32,000 nt of DNA from Vibrio vulnificus CMCP6 (GCF_000039765.1 NC_004460.2:1290001-1322000); one strand, 5' to 3'; positions 1 through 8,845 are shown, counted from the stretch's first letter. The notes: a model not told the origin generated them from the sequence alone. Numbers and translations: made by a program.

Positions 1-599
1 GTCAACTCAAACAACTGCAAAGCCAAATAGAGCCGCACTTTCTGTTTAATACTCTGGCCAACATCAGTGCGCTCATGAGCTGTGATGTGGAGAAAGCCCA
101 GCAGATGCTGACGCGTTTAACCGATTTATTGCGCTCAACGCTGAAGAGTTCGCGTGAAGAGAGAACGTTACTCGCCAGTGAACTGGAGATTCTCGATGCC
201 TATCTCGCGATTCAAAAAATTCGTTTGGGTGAGCGGTTGGAGTATCACATTCATTGCCCAGAGGCGCTGAAAGGGTGTGTGATTCCACCGATGTTGATCC
301 AACCTTTGGTGGAAAATGCCATTACGCATGGGATTGAACCCAAAGTGCAAGGGGGCAAAGTTGAGGTCCGAGTAATGAAAAATGAACTCGGCCTTGAGCT
401 GCGCGTCGTGGATACTGGGGTGGGCTTTGGGCAAGCCTCTCGCTCGGGATCGGGGGTAGGGCTTAACAACATTAAACAACGTTTGGCGACCTTGTTTGGT
501 GAATTAGGCACGCTAACTCTATTGGAAGGTCGCCACGGTGGGGTTTGTGCTGTTATACAAATGCCGCCGCAACAAGAGAAACAGGAAGCGAAAGCGTGA
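1..599 (+). CDS. Sensor histidine kinase, LytS/YehU type, C-terminal part (5' end cut by the window edge)
   Basis: Frame 3 is open from nt 3 ([25 protein letters not shown]...), upstream of the first ATG in the ORF track. The PHFLFN phospho-acceptor box has its His codon at 36-38. HATPase_c-like boxes follow ([23 protein letters not shown]). Stop TGA at 597-599. Confidence 0.85.
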
Positions 600-1366
600 T
601 GACTTCAATGACGGCGTTGATTGCCGATGATGAACCCCTACTGAGACACCACCTCAATCGGATGTTGGCGGATGTTTGGCCTGAGCTCGAGGTGGTGGCG
701 TTGGTGGGGGATGGGCAGCAAGCCCTCACTTCGATTGAACAACTTCAGCCCGATATCGTGTTTTTGGATATCCGCATGCCAGAGCTTGATGGTATCGCTG
801 TGGCAAAACAGCTCAATCGTGGTGAGTATCGTCCAACCATCGTTTTTGTGACCGCTTATGATGAATATGCGGTGAAAGCCTTTGAGCAACAAGCGATCGA
901 TTACTTAATGAAGCCACTGAGCGAAGCGCGTCTTATCGATACTTGCCAACGCATCAAAGCACGTCAACAGCCCACGGTATCGCCACCGGATGTGGGGGCG
1001 TTGTTGAGTCAACTTCAGGCGTTGTCTAAACCGGCGCAACCTCAATATCTACAGTGGATTCGCGCGGCATTAGGAGACGATATTCATCTTATCTCGGTGA
1101 ATGATGTACTCTATTTTAAAGCGGAAGAAAAGTACGTCACCGTGCACACCCTTGCCAAAAAAGAGTTCCTGATTCGCATGTCGTTAAAGGAGCTTTTGGC
1201 CCAACTTGACCCCGAACGGTTTTGGCAAATACACCGAGCGTCGGTCGTTAATGTGGCAGCGATAGAGAAAGTGCAGAAGGATTTTACGGGGCGAATGTCG
1301 GTGACGGTCGGGGAGCAAAAGCTGCCAGTCAGCCGCGGCTCTCAGCATCTGTTCAAAGGCATGTAG
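599..1366 (+). CDS. LytR/AlgR-family response regulator (receiver + LytTR DNA-binding domain)
   Basis: Receiver motifs are present ([27 protein letters not shown]). The C-terminal LytTR-like segment includes [15 protein letters not shown] and KLPVSR. ATG at 599 overlaps the kinase stop by 1 nt (gTGATGa), so the 545 start in the ORF track is unlikely. Confidence 0.9.
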
Positions 1367-1517
1367 CGGAAAATGTCTTGCCAAGAGGGCGGCGAGATAA
1401 CGGCGAGAGATCGAAGGCGTCAGCGCTTTATCGCAGCGTAAGCGATGGGGAAAACGGCTACCTGCAGAGGGCCAGCAAGACGAAATGTTTACAGTGTAAA
1501 TTGCGTAAACAAAAGAG

Positions 1518-1538
1518 AAGGGCAGCGTCGCTGCCCTT
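1518..1538. terminator. Hairpin between convergent genes (possible bidirectional terminator)
   Basis: AAGGGCAGC (1518-1526) pairs perfectly with GCTGCCCTT (1530-1538). It is A-rich upstream (aaacaaaagag) and T-rich downstream (gtcgttgctgttttgttg). It lies between the response-regulator stop and the chemoreceptor stop. Confidence 0.6.
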
Positions 1539-1571
1539 GTCGTTGCTGTTTTGTTGCGTTTGCAACGGATG

Positions 1572-3233
1572 TTAGACGGTGAAGCGTCCGACGAGATCAG
1601 AAAGTTGGTGCGCTTTCTTATTCAAGCTTTGGCTACCCATGCGGTTTTGGTTAGCTAAGTCCGCTGATTGGCTACTTTGATCTGAAATCACCACGATTCG
1701 TTCTGAAATTTCCTGACCAACAATACTTTGCTCCTCGGTTGCGGTTGCAATCAAAGAGTTCATATCCATGATGGTGCCAATCGAGTCGATGATTTTCAGC
1801 AAAGCAGCGGCGGCGGCATTGGCTTCTTCTACCGTGCTTTCACCACGGGCTTGGCTGGCATCCATCGCTTTCACTGCAGCATCCGATGCGGCTTTCAACT
1901 GGTTGATCATCTGATGAATTTCACCCGTACTGTCTTGTGTGCGGCTGGCGAGTTTGCGAACTTCGTCTGCCACCACCGCAAAACCGCGGCCTTGTTCGCC
2001 AGCGCGAGCAGCTTCAATGGCGGCGTTCAATGCCAGCAAATTGGTTTGCTCTGCGATGTCTTGAATCACTTCCAAAGAAGAGGAAATGTTTTTCACATCA
2101 CCCTCGAGGCGAGAAATGACGTCATTGGCTTTCGAGACTTCACCAGCGAGCTCACGTACTGACGAAGCTGCCGAGTTGACGATGGTTTGCGCTTCATGGG
2201 CATTTTCTTCCGCGTAGCGCGCTGCTTGCGCCGCTTGGCTGGCGTTGCTGGAAATTTCGGTGGCGGTGGTGGTCATTTCTGTCATGGCGGTGGCCACTTG
2301 TTCGGTTTCCCCACGTTGACCTGCGGCGAGGTTGTCCACTTCGGTTGCGCGGCGAGACATATTGTCCGTTTCGCTGACCACGTCCTTGCCAACTTCCGTG
2401 ACACTGCGAATGATGTTTTGCAGGCTACCGACAAACTGATTGAAGTTGCGGCTCAATTGCTTGAACTCTGGCACGCTGAAATCTTCCATGCGCGCGGTTA
2501 AATCAGCATCGCCACTGGCAAAGGAGCGTATTGATTCATCAAACATTTCCAGCGGTCGCATAATGCTGCGGTTAACGAAGACGGCAAACACACCTACGAT
2601 GAGCGCAATAATGATGGCAAAAAACGCGATAGCGGAAAGGGTGGTTTGCAACGCATCGTGAGCGGTGCTCTCCATCTCCATCACGATAGCGTCAATGTCA
2701 TCGGTGTAAAAACCAGTACCGATCATCAGATCCCACTCCGAGATAAAAATGGAGTAACTCAACTTTGGTAGGGGGGTGGTTTGGCCCGGTTTTGGGAAGT
2801 AGTAAGTGGTGAAATCACCAGTGCGGGCATTCTTCAACAAATCTTTGATCAGATAGTTGCCCTTTTGGTCTTGGAGATTGATAAAGTTTTCACCAATGCC
2901 TTTATCACTTTTACCGACAACAATGCGTGTCCCTTTTGAGTCATAGGCAAACACATAGCCAGAGTCACCATATTCGAGCTCGCGCAACACTGGCAGCGCT
3001 TCTTCCAGTGTCGCTCTGCGGTTCAGCAGTGGCTGCACGGCGGATTTCGCCATTTGAATGTAGTTTTTCAACTCCTCTTGCTTCATCCGCATCATGTTGT
3101 CGCGAGTGATTTCAACTTGTTGCTCATTAAATGCGGTGGTTTTCAGATAGGTAAACCACATCATTCCCAGAGCAATGGTTAGAACAGGCACGATTGAAAG
3201 AATATACAATCTTTTTCTTATGGTTAAATTCAT
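1572..3233 (-). CDS. Methyl-accepting chemotaxis protein with a periplasmic single-Cache (sCache_2-like) sensor, HAMP and MA signalling domains
   Basis: 553 aa with an N-terminal TM segment. The Cache-like block includes [47 protein letters not shown] second TM segment, a HAMP domain and the highly conserved MCP hairpin ([35 protein letters not shown]) follow. SD AAGGAAAG lies upstream of the ATG. Confidence 0.93.
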   Translation of the reverse strand: MNLTIRKRLYILSIVPVLTIALGMMWFTYLKTTAFNEQQVEITRDNMMRMKQEELKNYIQMAKSAVQPLLNRRATLEEALPVLRELEYGDSGYVFAYDSKGTRIVVGKSDKGIGENFINLQDQKGNYLIKDLLKNARTGDFTTYYFPKPGQTTPLPKLSYSIFISEWDLMIGTGFYTDDIDAIVMEMESTAHDALQTTLSAIAFFAIIIALIVGVFAVFVNRSIMRPLEMFDESIRSFASGDADLTARMEDFSVPEFKQLSRNFNQFVGSLQNIIRSVTEVGKDVVSETDNMSRRATEVDNLAAGQRGETEQVATAMTEMTTTATEISSNASQAAQAARYAEENAHEAQTIVNSAASSVRELAGEVSKANDVISRLEGDVKNISSSLEVIQDIAEQTNLLALNAAIEAARAGEQGRGFAVVADEVRKLASRTQDSTGEIHQMINQLKAASDAAVKAMDASQARGESTVEEANAAAAALLKIIDSIGTIMDMNSLIATATEEQSIVGQEISERIVVISDQSSQSADLANQNRMGSQSLNKKAHQLSDLVGRFTV

Positions 3234-3360
3234 AACAACTTTCCTTGCGTCACAGCAGCATTGTTAAGCCGAATAGCGTAGTAAATGGTTCTTGTAATAA
3301 TGCTTTAAGCTTAGCCAATCCTTCGCCAAGGTAATGTGAAATTGGAGGGTTTTATGAAAT

Positions 3361-3402
3361 AAAAATGATGAGATTGTTATTATTTTGTTTCTCATCATTT
3401 TT
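3361..3402 (-). terminator. Rho-independent-type hairpin downstream of the 3447-4238 gene
   Basis: AAAAATGATGAGA (3361-3373) pairs with TCTCATCATTTTT (3390-3402). U-runs would follow the stem on either strand. Confidence 0.55.
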
Positions 3403-3446
3403 TGACACTATGAATGGTGCATCCGATTGATTATGGTTAGTTAGGT

Positions 3447-4238
3447 TTATTCAGGCGCGCTAGTGAGATAGCGATGCCAGTTGTCACTGAGGGTTTGATA
3501 GTTCGCTTGGCAAAACTCAGTGCGCTCTTGGCGGTACTCTTTTTCTATTTCATCAAGTAGGTTGGGATGCCGCTCAGGATTGCTGCCATAGACCAAACAG
3601 AGCGTGGCAAAGTAGCGCTGCAAATCAAAGCTGTGTTCATCAATGTACTCATCCAAATCGTAGTACTCAGGTTTGTCTTCTGACTCAAAAGCAAACATGT
3701 CTGCTGCGCTGATGGCAATCTCATCGCCATTTTCGACGTAATCGATCAGCAATAAGGTGGCAAAATTGTCCACGGCATCTTCTTCTTTACCCAAAATAGC
3801 GATGTTCTGATCGGCAATGTAGGCGTGGCCAGCTTCATGAAGTAGGGTATGCAGCATGGTGTTGATCGCACCGCTTTCCGCGCTTTTCCCATAGGTTTTT
3901 TGATACTCATTTTTACGGAAATAATCGAGTGACTCGGTGTAAAACGAAAAAGGAATGTGCACGATGTGCGTTTCGGGATCATACAGTGGGCCTTGATCGC
4001 CACCATAGCTGACGGTTAAGGTCTTTTTGAACGGAAAGAGCGAATGAGAAAGATCGAGCAGGGTTGTGTTGATTTGATAAGACTCGAGTGTATCGATAAT
4101 CGTCTGCTCTTGTTTGGTAACCTGCTTGGGGTAGAGGATTTGAATGGATTCGGCAAGTGCCCCAGCGCTAAAACAAGACGCCAGTAATAGACTGAGTGGC
4201 CAGCGTGTTTTCTGGCAAGAGGGTTGTGGATGTTTCAT
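3447..4238 (-). CDS. Secreted or lipoprotein-type putative zinc metallopeptidase (HExxH; resembles the DUF4344 family, from memory)
   Basis: ATG at 4238 has SD AAAGGA 6-7 nt upstream; the track start at 4253 is a TTG. The signal peptide has a lipobox-like LLASC. An HEAGH motif sits in LLHEAGHAYI. Confidence 0.7.
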   Translation of the reverse strand: MKHPQPSCQKTRWPLSLLLASCFSAGALAESIQILYPKQVTKQEQTIIDTLESYQINTTLLDLSHSLFPFKKTLTVSYGGDQGPLYDPETHIVHIPFSFYTESLDYFRKNEYQKTYGKSAESGAINTMLHTLLHEAGHAYIADQNIAILGKEEDAVDNFATLLLIDYVENGDEIAISAADMFAFESEDKPEYYDLDEYIDEHSFDLQRYFATLCLVYGSNPERHPNLLDEIEKEYRQERTEFCQANYQTLSDNWHRYLTSAPE

Positions 4239-4353
4239 GATTTTTCCTTTCAACTGAGGCTGAATGTGTGTTTCATGTTTATGCTAAATGGTTATGTTTA
4301 ATCAGTGAATTCTGGTGATATACAGTCTGATTGTTGGAAACTTTGACCAAGAT

Positions 4354-4382
4354 CGGACATTTTCGTCGATTTATGTTATAGT
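4354..4382 (+). promoter_or_regulatory. Candidate sigma70 promoter for the 4389-4645 transcript
   Basis: -35 CGGACA (4354-4359), a 17-nt spacer, then -10 TATAGT (4377-4382). There is no plus-strand gene upstream. Confidence 0.3.
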
Positions 4383-4388
4383 CCGCTT

Positions 4389-4645
4389 CCATTTTGGCCA
4401 CTGTTGTAGAGTAAAGCTCAACAATCCGCCCTTTGCCAGTTTAGGTGCTCGCTCCGAGTTGTCGGCAGTTTGTCGATAGAGGAAACGGTCAGGAACGAAA
4501 AAAGCGCGGCAAACAGAGGCAAAATGGAAGAGGATTTTGAATGCCAGTTATGGCGTCGAGGCATCTGTATACCGTAACGGAATGTTTGTCGTACAGATTG
4601 GCCACTCATCGATTAGGGAGCTAGAAATAGCTCCTTTTGTATTTT
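4389..4645 (+). ncRNA. Candidate sRNA or long 5' leader of about 255 nt, ending at a strong intrinsic terminator; family not recognised
   Basis: It is bounded by the candidate promoter and by the terminator at 4616-4645. An 11-bp perfect long-range helix joins CTTCCATTTTG (4386-4396; the first few nt lie just upstream of the annotated 5' end, whose transcription start is only estimated) to CAAAATGGAAG (4520-4530). Repeated words occur: TTGGCCACT at 4394-4402 and 4598-4606, TGCCAGTT at 4433-4440 and 4542-4549. No convincing long ORF is seen on either strand. Confidence 0.35.
4616..4645 (+). terminator. Rho-independent terminator
   Basis: Stem GGAGCTA (4617-4623), loop GAAA, stem TAGCTCC (4628-4634), followed by TTTTGTATTTT (4635-4645). 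The T-run is present only on the plus strand. Confidence 0.7.
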
Positions 4646-4860
4646 GGAAGCTTGCAAAGGGTGTTTGAGACATCACCCAATGATCGCCTTCCATCCCTTG
4701 AGCCTAACCAGATGGCTTGTACTCGCTGCCTATACCCCGTTTAGATTGGTGTTTCACCTTATTTGGCAGCGCATTAGACGATGCAGTAACTGACGTTCAA
4801 AAGCAAAATACTAACACTCTGATATTAAGGAAGATAAAGAGTCTGAGATGAAGAGGTTGT

Positions 4861-6087
4861 ATGAATCATTTAATCACAGTCGGTGCACTGGAATCTTTTT
4901 TAGTGGCGATTAGCGTGCTGTTTTTAGGGCATTTTATTAATGCCAAACTCCCCATCCTAAGAAAATTCAATATTCCCGAACCCATTGTTGGTGGTTTGAT
5001 TGTCGCCTGTATCATTACGATTTTGCATTTCCGTGGCATCGATTTGGAATTCAACTTGCCCTTGCAAAATACCTTTATGCTGATGTTTTTCTCGACGGTG
5101 GGTTTGGCGGCAAACTACACTCAATTGCTCAAAGGTGGCGCCAAAGTGTTCCTGTTTTTGGCGGTGGCGTCGGTGTACATCGTGATTCAAAATGGCGTTG
5201 GTGTTTCGCTGGCGAGTATGCTGGGCTTGGATCCGTTAATGGGCCTTATCGCGGGCTCCATTACGCTTTCCGGGGGTCATGGAACTGGCGCGGCATGGTC
5301 GCAAACGTTCGCAGATAACTATGGTATGTCCAACACGCTTGAAATCGCGATGGCCTCTGCGACGTTCGGTTTGATTATCGGCGGCCTGATTGGTAGCCCA
5401 GTGGCGCAGCGTTTGGTCGACAAGCACAACGTCGAGTCCGAGTATGGCCGAGGTTCAAAAACCCACGAAAAATTCCCTGAACTGGTGACTTACAACGAAT
5501 ACGAAGAGGATAAGGTGACGGCAAAGAAAGTGATTGAGAAGCTGTTCTTCCTGATCATTTGTGTGACCGGCGCCAAGTACGTTGAACAGTGGGTCAGCAC
5601 CTATGAAATCAAATGGTTGATGATTCCAGACTTTGTCTATGCGCTGTTTATCGGTGTCATCATCACCAACTTCCTTGAAGTGACGAAAATCCGTAAGTTA
5701 GACGCTGAAACCGTCGATATGCTCGGTACGGTGTCGTTGTCGCTGTTTTTGGCGATGGCGCTAATGAGTTTGAAGCTGTGGAACATCTTCGATCTGGCGA
5801 TTCCATTCTTGGTGATCTTAGCGGTGCAATCGGTGGTGTTGGCGCTGTTTACTTACTATGTGACGTTTAAAGTGATGGGCAGCAACTATGACGCGGCAGT
5901 CATTGCTGGTGGCCATTGTGGTTTTGGCCTAGGTGCGACGCCAACTGCAGTGATGAACATGGGGTCAATCGTGAATCGTTTTGGCCCTTCGCCTCAGGCC
6001 TTTATGGTGGTGCCGATAGTGGGGGCGTTTTTTATCGATATCGTCAACTTAATTGTCTTACAGGGCTTTATCTCCTTTATGGGGTAA
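4861..6087 (+). CDS. gltS: Sodium/glutamate symporter GltS (copy 1)
   Basis: 408 aa and polytopic. It is collinear with E. coli GltS as recalled (NIPEPIVGGL, GSITLSGGHGTGAAW, GHCGFGLGATPTAVMNM, FGPSPQAF..VPIVGAFFID). Confidence 0.93.
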   Translation: MNHLITVGALESFLVAISVLFLGHFINAKLPILRKFNIPEPIVGGLIVACIITILHFRGIDLEFNLPLQNTFMLMFFSTVGLAANYTQLLKGGAKVFLFLAVASVYIVIQNGVGVSLASMLGLDPLMGLIAGSITLSGGHGTGAAWSQTFADNYGMSNTLEIAMASATFGLIIGGLIGSPVAQRLVDKHNVESEYGRGSKTHEKFPELVTYNEYEEDKVTAKKVIEKLFFLIICVTGAKYVEQWVSTYEIKWLMIPDFVYALFIGVIITNFLEVTKIRKLDAETVDMLGTVSLSLFLAMALMSLKLWNIFDLAIPFLVILAVQSVVLALFTYYVTFKVMGSNYDAAVIAGGHCGFGLGATPTAVMNMGSIVNRFGPSPQAFMVVPIVGAFFIDIVNLIVLQGFISFMG

Positions 6088-6120
6088 GTCGTGTGTCAAT
6101 GTTCGATATTGTTCACCAAC

Positions 6121-6149
6121 AAGGGAGCCAAATGGCTCCCTTAGTTTTT
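6121..6149 (+). terminator. Rho-independent terminator after gltS copy 1
   Basis: AAGGGAGCC (6121-6129), loop AAAT, GGCTCCCTT (6134-6142), then AGTTTTT. Confidence 0.8.
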
Positions 6150-6547
6150 GATACTGTTTGACCTCTCTTGCCTTGACGATAATGGCCATGGGCGAGTCTT
6201 GCTCACCATATTCACTCAATAGAAATTTATATTTCTCACATGGTGAGATAATAAGTCAGTAATCTGTCACTTATTCTTATTAATTGAGAATTTAAAGGGA
6301 ATGGTTCAGTGACATTTGATTTCATCGCGGCACACTGGCTCCTCATTGAAAAACGCACGTAGTTTCGTTCACTACCACTCGGGATAGCCTAATACTCTCT
6401 CAACCCTCTTGCTGCGTGTATCGTGGTACCACAGTGCGCTGTGCCTTAATAAGCAGGGCTTTGAGAGAAAAACGCCAATTTGCAGCAGCCGTTCTGCACT
6501 CGAGTTGCGGTGAGCGACGTTACTCATGCCACAACAATAGAGGTTTT

Positions 6548-7774
6548 ATGAACAGTGTTGTATCTGTTGGTCCGCAGGAGTCCTTTCTCATCGCCGTTGG
6601 CGTGCTATTTTTGGGTCACTTTATTAATGGCCAAATTCCGATCCTCAAACGTTTTAATATCCCAGAGCCGATTGTCGGCGGCTTAGTGGTGGCCTTGGTG
6701 ATCACCCTTGCCCACTTTAATGGCATCACTTTTGACTTTGACTTACCGTTGCAAAAAACGTTTATGTTGATGTTTTTTGCTACGGTGGGTTTGGCTGCCA
6801 ACTACAAACAATTGCTCAAAGGTGGCGTGAAGGTCCTGCTGTTTTTACTGATTGCGTCGATATACATCGTGGTGCAAAACGGCATTGGCGTCTCGCTGGC
6901 GAGTATGCTTGGTCTTGACCCCTTACTTGGGCTGATTGCTGGCTCCATCACGCTCTCTGGCGGTCATGGAACCGGAGCAGCATGGTCGCATACCTTTACG
7001 CAAAACTATGGGTTAGAGAATGCCTTAGAAATCGCGATGGCCTCTGCCACGTTTGGTTTAGTGATGGGCGGGATCTTGGGCAGCCCAGTGGCGCAGCGTC
7101 TGGTGGACAAACACCAATTGGAATCTGAATACGGTCGAGAATTGCAAGCCCACCAACGTTTTGCTGATTTGGTCACTTACAATGAAAATGAAGAAGACAA
7201 AGTCACGGCTAAGAAGGTGATTGAAAGCTTGGCGCTGATGTTTCTGTGTGTGATTGGCGCGCGCTACCTCTCTCAATGGGTCAATCAATTAGACATTGCT
7301 TGGTTGATGATCCCCGATTTTGTTTACGCGCTGCTGCTGGGAGTGTTTGTAACTAACTTCCTTGAACTCACCAAAGTGAGAAAGTTGGATTTAGAAACGG
7401 TGGATATGCTCGGCACCGTTTCGCTCTCACTGTTTTTGGCCATGGCATTGATGAGCTTAAAACTGTGGAATATTTTTGATTTGGCGCTGCCATTTCTGTT
7501 TATTTTGTCTATTCAATCGTTGGTGATGGTGCTGTTTAGCTACTTCGTGACGTTTAAAGTGATGGGACGAAACTACGACAGTGCGGTGATCGCCAGCGGT
7601 CATTGTGGTTTTGGTTTGGGCGCGACCCCCACCGCTGTGATGAACATGGGGTCGATTGTGAATCGCTTTGGCCCTTCTCCGCAGGCGTTTTTAGTGGTGC
7701 CTATTGTCGGCGCGTTTTTTATCGATTTAGTCAATATGCTGATATTACAAGGCTTTATCGCTTTTCTTGGGTAA
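6548..7774 (+). CDS. gltS: Sodium/glutamate symporter GltS (copy 2, tandem paralog)
   Basis: ATG at 6548 (MNSVVSVGPQESF...) has SD AGAGG 5 nt upstream and gives 408 aa, the same length as copy 1 and collinear with it without gaps. The 6416 start in the ORF track adds a non-homologous 44-aa extension. Confidence 0.9.
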   Translation: MNSVVSVGPQESFLIAVGVLFLGHFINGQIPILKRFNIPEPIVGGLVVALVITLAHFNGITFDFDLPLQKTFMLMFFATVGLAANYKQLLKGGVKVLLFLLIASIYIVVQNGIGVSLASMLGLDPLLGLIAGSITLSGGHGTGAAWSHTFTQNYGLENALEIAMASATFGLVMGGILGSPVAQRLVDKHQLESEYGRELQAHQRFADLVTYNENEEDKVTAKKVIESLALMFLCVIGARYLSQWVNQLDIAWLMIPDFVYALLLGVFVTNFLELTKVRKLDLETVDMLGTVSLSLFLAMALMSLKLWNIFDLALPFLFILSIQSLVMVLFSYFVTFKVMGRNYDSAVIASGHCGFGLGATPTAVMNMGSIVNRFGPSPQAFLVVPIVGAFFIDLVNMLILQGFIAFLG

Positions 7775-7929
7775 TTGACTTTTCACTCAAATACATGGGA
7801 TTGCGGTGGAGGTCGCACTGCGATTTATCTCTGCCGAAACAAAAGGTTAGTCACTGCCTTTGTTGATATTTTCAGCTAGAATAATGGTTCTTGTGTACGG
7901 TAAATAACCACGAATGAAAGGAGGCAGCC

Positions 7930-8796
7930 ATGACGGACAAAATCTCAACGACGGCATTGGCAAAAATGCGCAACATTGAAGCCTCTCAACTGTTTACCGA
8001 TTTGAGCCGTGCTGGTTACATCAGCCGAGTGGGCGATAAATGGATTCTCACCGAATTGGGCGCGCGGTTTGGCGGCGAATATGTTGACCATACGAAATTT
8101 GGCCAGTTCATTGTCTGGCCTGTGAACTTGCATGTTGAGTTGACCTCTACTCAAGGCAAGTTATTGAGTGCGACGCAAATCGGCGAGCTGCTTGGGCTTA
8201 ATGCCAAAAAGATGAACCAGTTGCTCAGTGAAATGGGCTGGATGGCCAAAACTGAGCGTGGTTGGGAAGTGACCGAATCGGGCATTCGTGCTGGTGGTAA
8301 ACAAAAAGGTGATGGTGAGGAGAAGCCATACTATTTGTTGTGGCATGATTCGATTACACGCAACAAACGCCTCAAGCAATCGGTGGTGGAGTTCTTGGGG
8401 CAAGACGCGGAAGTGCATGCGACGGATAAGTCATTTTCCAGTTTCCGACAGAAATTTGAGGCGAAACACCGCACCTTAGATGGCCACTATGTGCGCTCTA
8501 AAGGAGAGTTGTTGATCGACAATTGGCTGTATTTAGCTGGTGTTGCTCATGCTTACGGGCGGCAGTTACCGATTGAAGAAGAGATCATCAGTGATTTTTA
8601 TTTGCCTGCTGGCAAAGTCTATTTGCAGTTCTGGGGTAGCGATAACGGTGGAACACCAGAGGCGAATAAAGCCAAGATTCGCGCGGTGTATCAAGCGCAT
8701 CATTTCCATCTGATTGAAGTTGAGCAAGACGAGCTGGAAAGCCTGGATGAGGTGTTGCCGCAGCGTTTAAGGCCATTTGGCATCAAAGCGTATTAG
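7930..8796 (+). CDS. Hypothetical protein: two tandem winged-helix-like repeats plus a C-terminal PD-(D/E)xK-nuclease-like fold with apparently substituted catalytic residues
   Basis: Strong SD (AAGGAGG, 6 nt before the ATG). There is an internal repeat between aa 5-65 and aa 79-140 (shared pattern S.T.....L.......LS..G.......W..TE.G.R.GG ... W). The C-terminal block is HYVRSKGELLIDNWLY..SDFYLP..VYLQFWG. The bidirectional terminator at 8846-8878 follows. Confidence 0.75.
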   Translation: MTDKISTTALAKMRNIEASQLFTDLSRAGYISRVGDKWILTELGARFGGEYVDHTKFGQFIVWPVNLHVELTSTQGKLLSATQIGELLGLNAKKMNQLLSEMGWMAKTERGWEVTESGIRAGGKQKGDGEEKPYYLLWHDSITRNKRLKQSVVEFLGQDAEVHATDKSFSSFRQKFEAKHRTLDGHYVRSKGELLIDNWLYLAGVAHAYGRQLPIEEEIISDFYLPAGKVYLQFWGSDNGGTPEANKAKIRAVYQAHHFHLIEVEQDELESLDEVLPQRLRPFGIKAY

Positions 8797-8845
8797 TGGC
8801 TCAGCTCCATCAGCGGCGTACGTGTTTCACTCTGTATCCAATGAA

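Noticed and set aside
1378-1575. 65-aa plus-strand ORF between the response regulator and the MCP
   Set aside because: It spans the terminator hairpin, is very Arg/Lys/Cys-rich and has no SD. This is an intergenic artefact.
1728-3109. Five plus-strand ORFs of 60-144 aa (1728-2162, 1937-2119, 2187-2501, 2440-2661, 2927-3109) antisense to the chemoreceptor gene
   Set aside because: They lie entirely inside a strongly supported MCP gene on the other strand. The Gly/Arg/His-rich translations are typical of antisense frames of Ala/Glu-rich MCP repeats. None has an SD.
4524-4577. Reading the 17-codon micro-ORF (MEEDFE...) as a glutamate-sensing attenuation leader peptide
   Set aside because: It is attractive because of the Glu/Asp codons and the downstream terminator. 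But I could not find a convincing anti-terminator/terminator alternative pairing, the SD spacing is short (4 nt), and no such mechanism is established for gltS. It is kept only as a note inside the ncRNA finding.
4418-4609. 63-aa minus-strand ORF in the gltS upstream region
   Set aside because: It has no SD and an odd composition. It lies antisense to a unit that has its own promoter-like element and a plus-strand-only terminator. The RNA interpretation fits better, though it too is unproven.
4389-4645. Idea that the element is a CsrB-type RsmA/CsrA-sponge RNA, or a cobalamin riboswitch (GCCACTG-like word)
   Set aside because: Only about 7 GGA motifs occur in 255 nt, close to chance, and they are not arranged in repeated hairpin loops. 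No GacA/VarA-type upstream palindrome was seen. The other conserved B12-box elements are not recognisable, and a glutamate transporter is not an expected B12 target.
6416-6547. 44-aa N-terminal extension of gltS copy 2 from the ORF track
   Set aside because: The extension has no counterpart in copy 1 or in E. coli GltS and is Arg/Cys-rich. The internal ATG at 6548 has a good SD and restores an exactly equal length of 408 aa.
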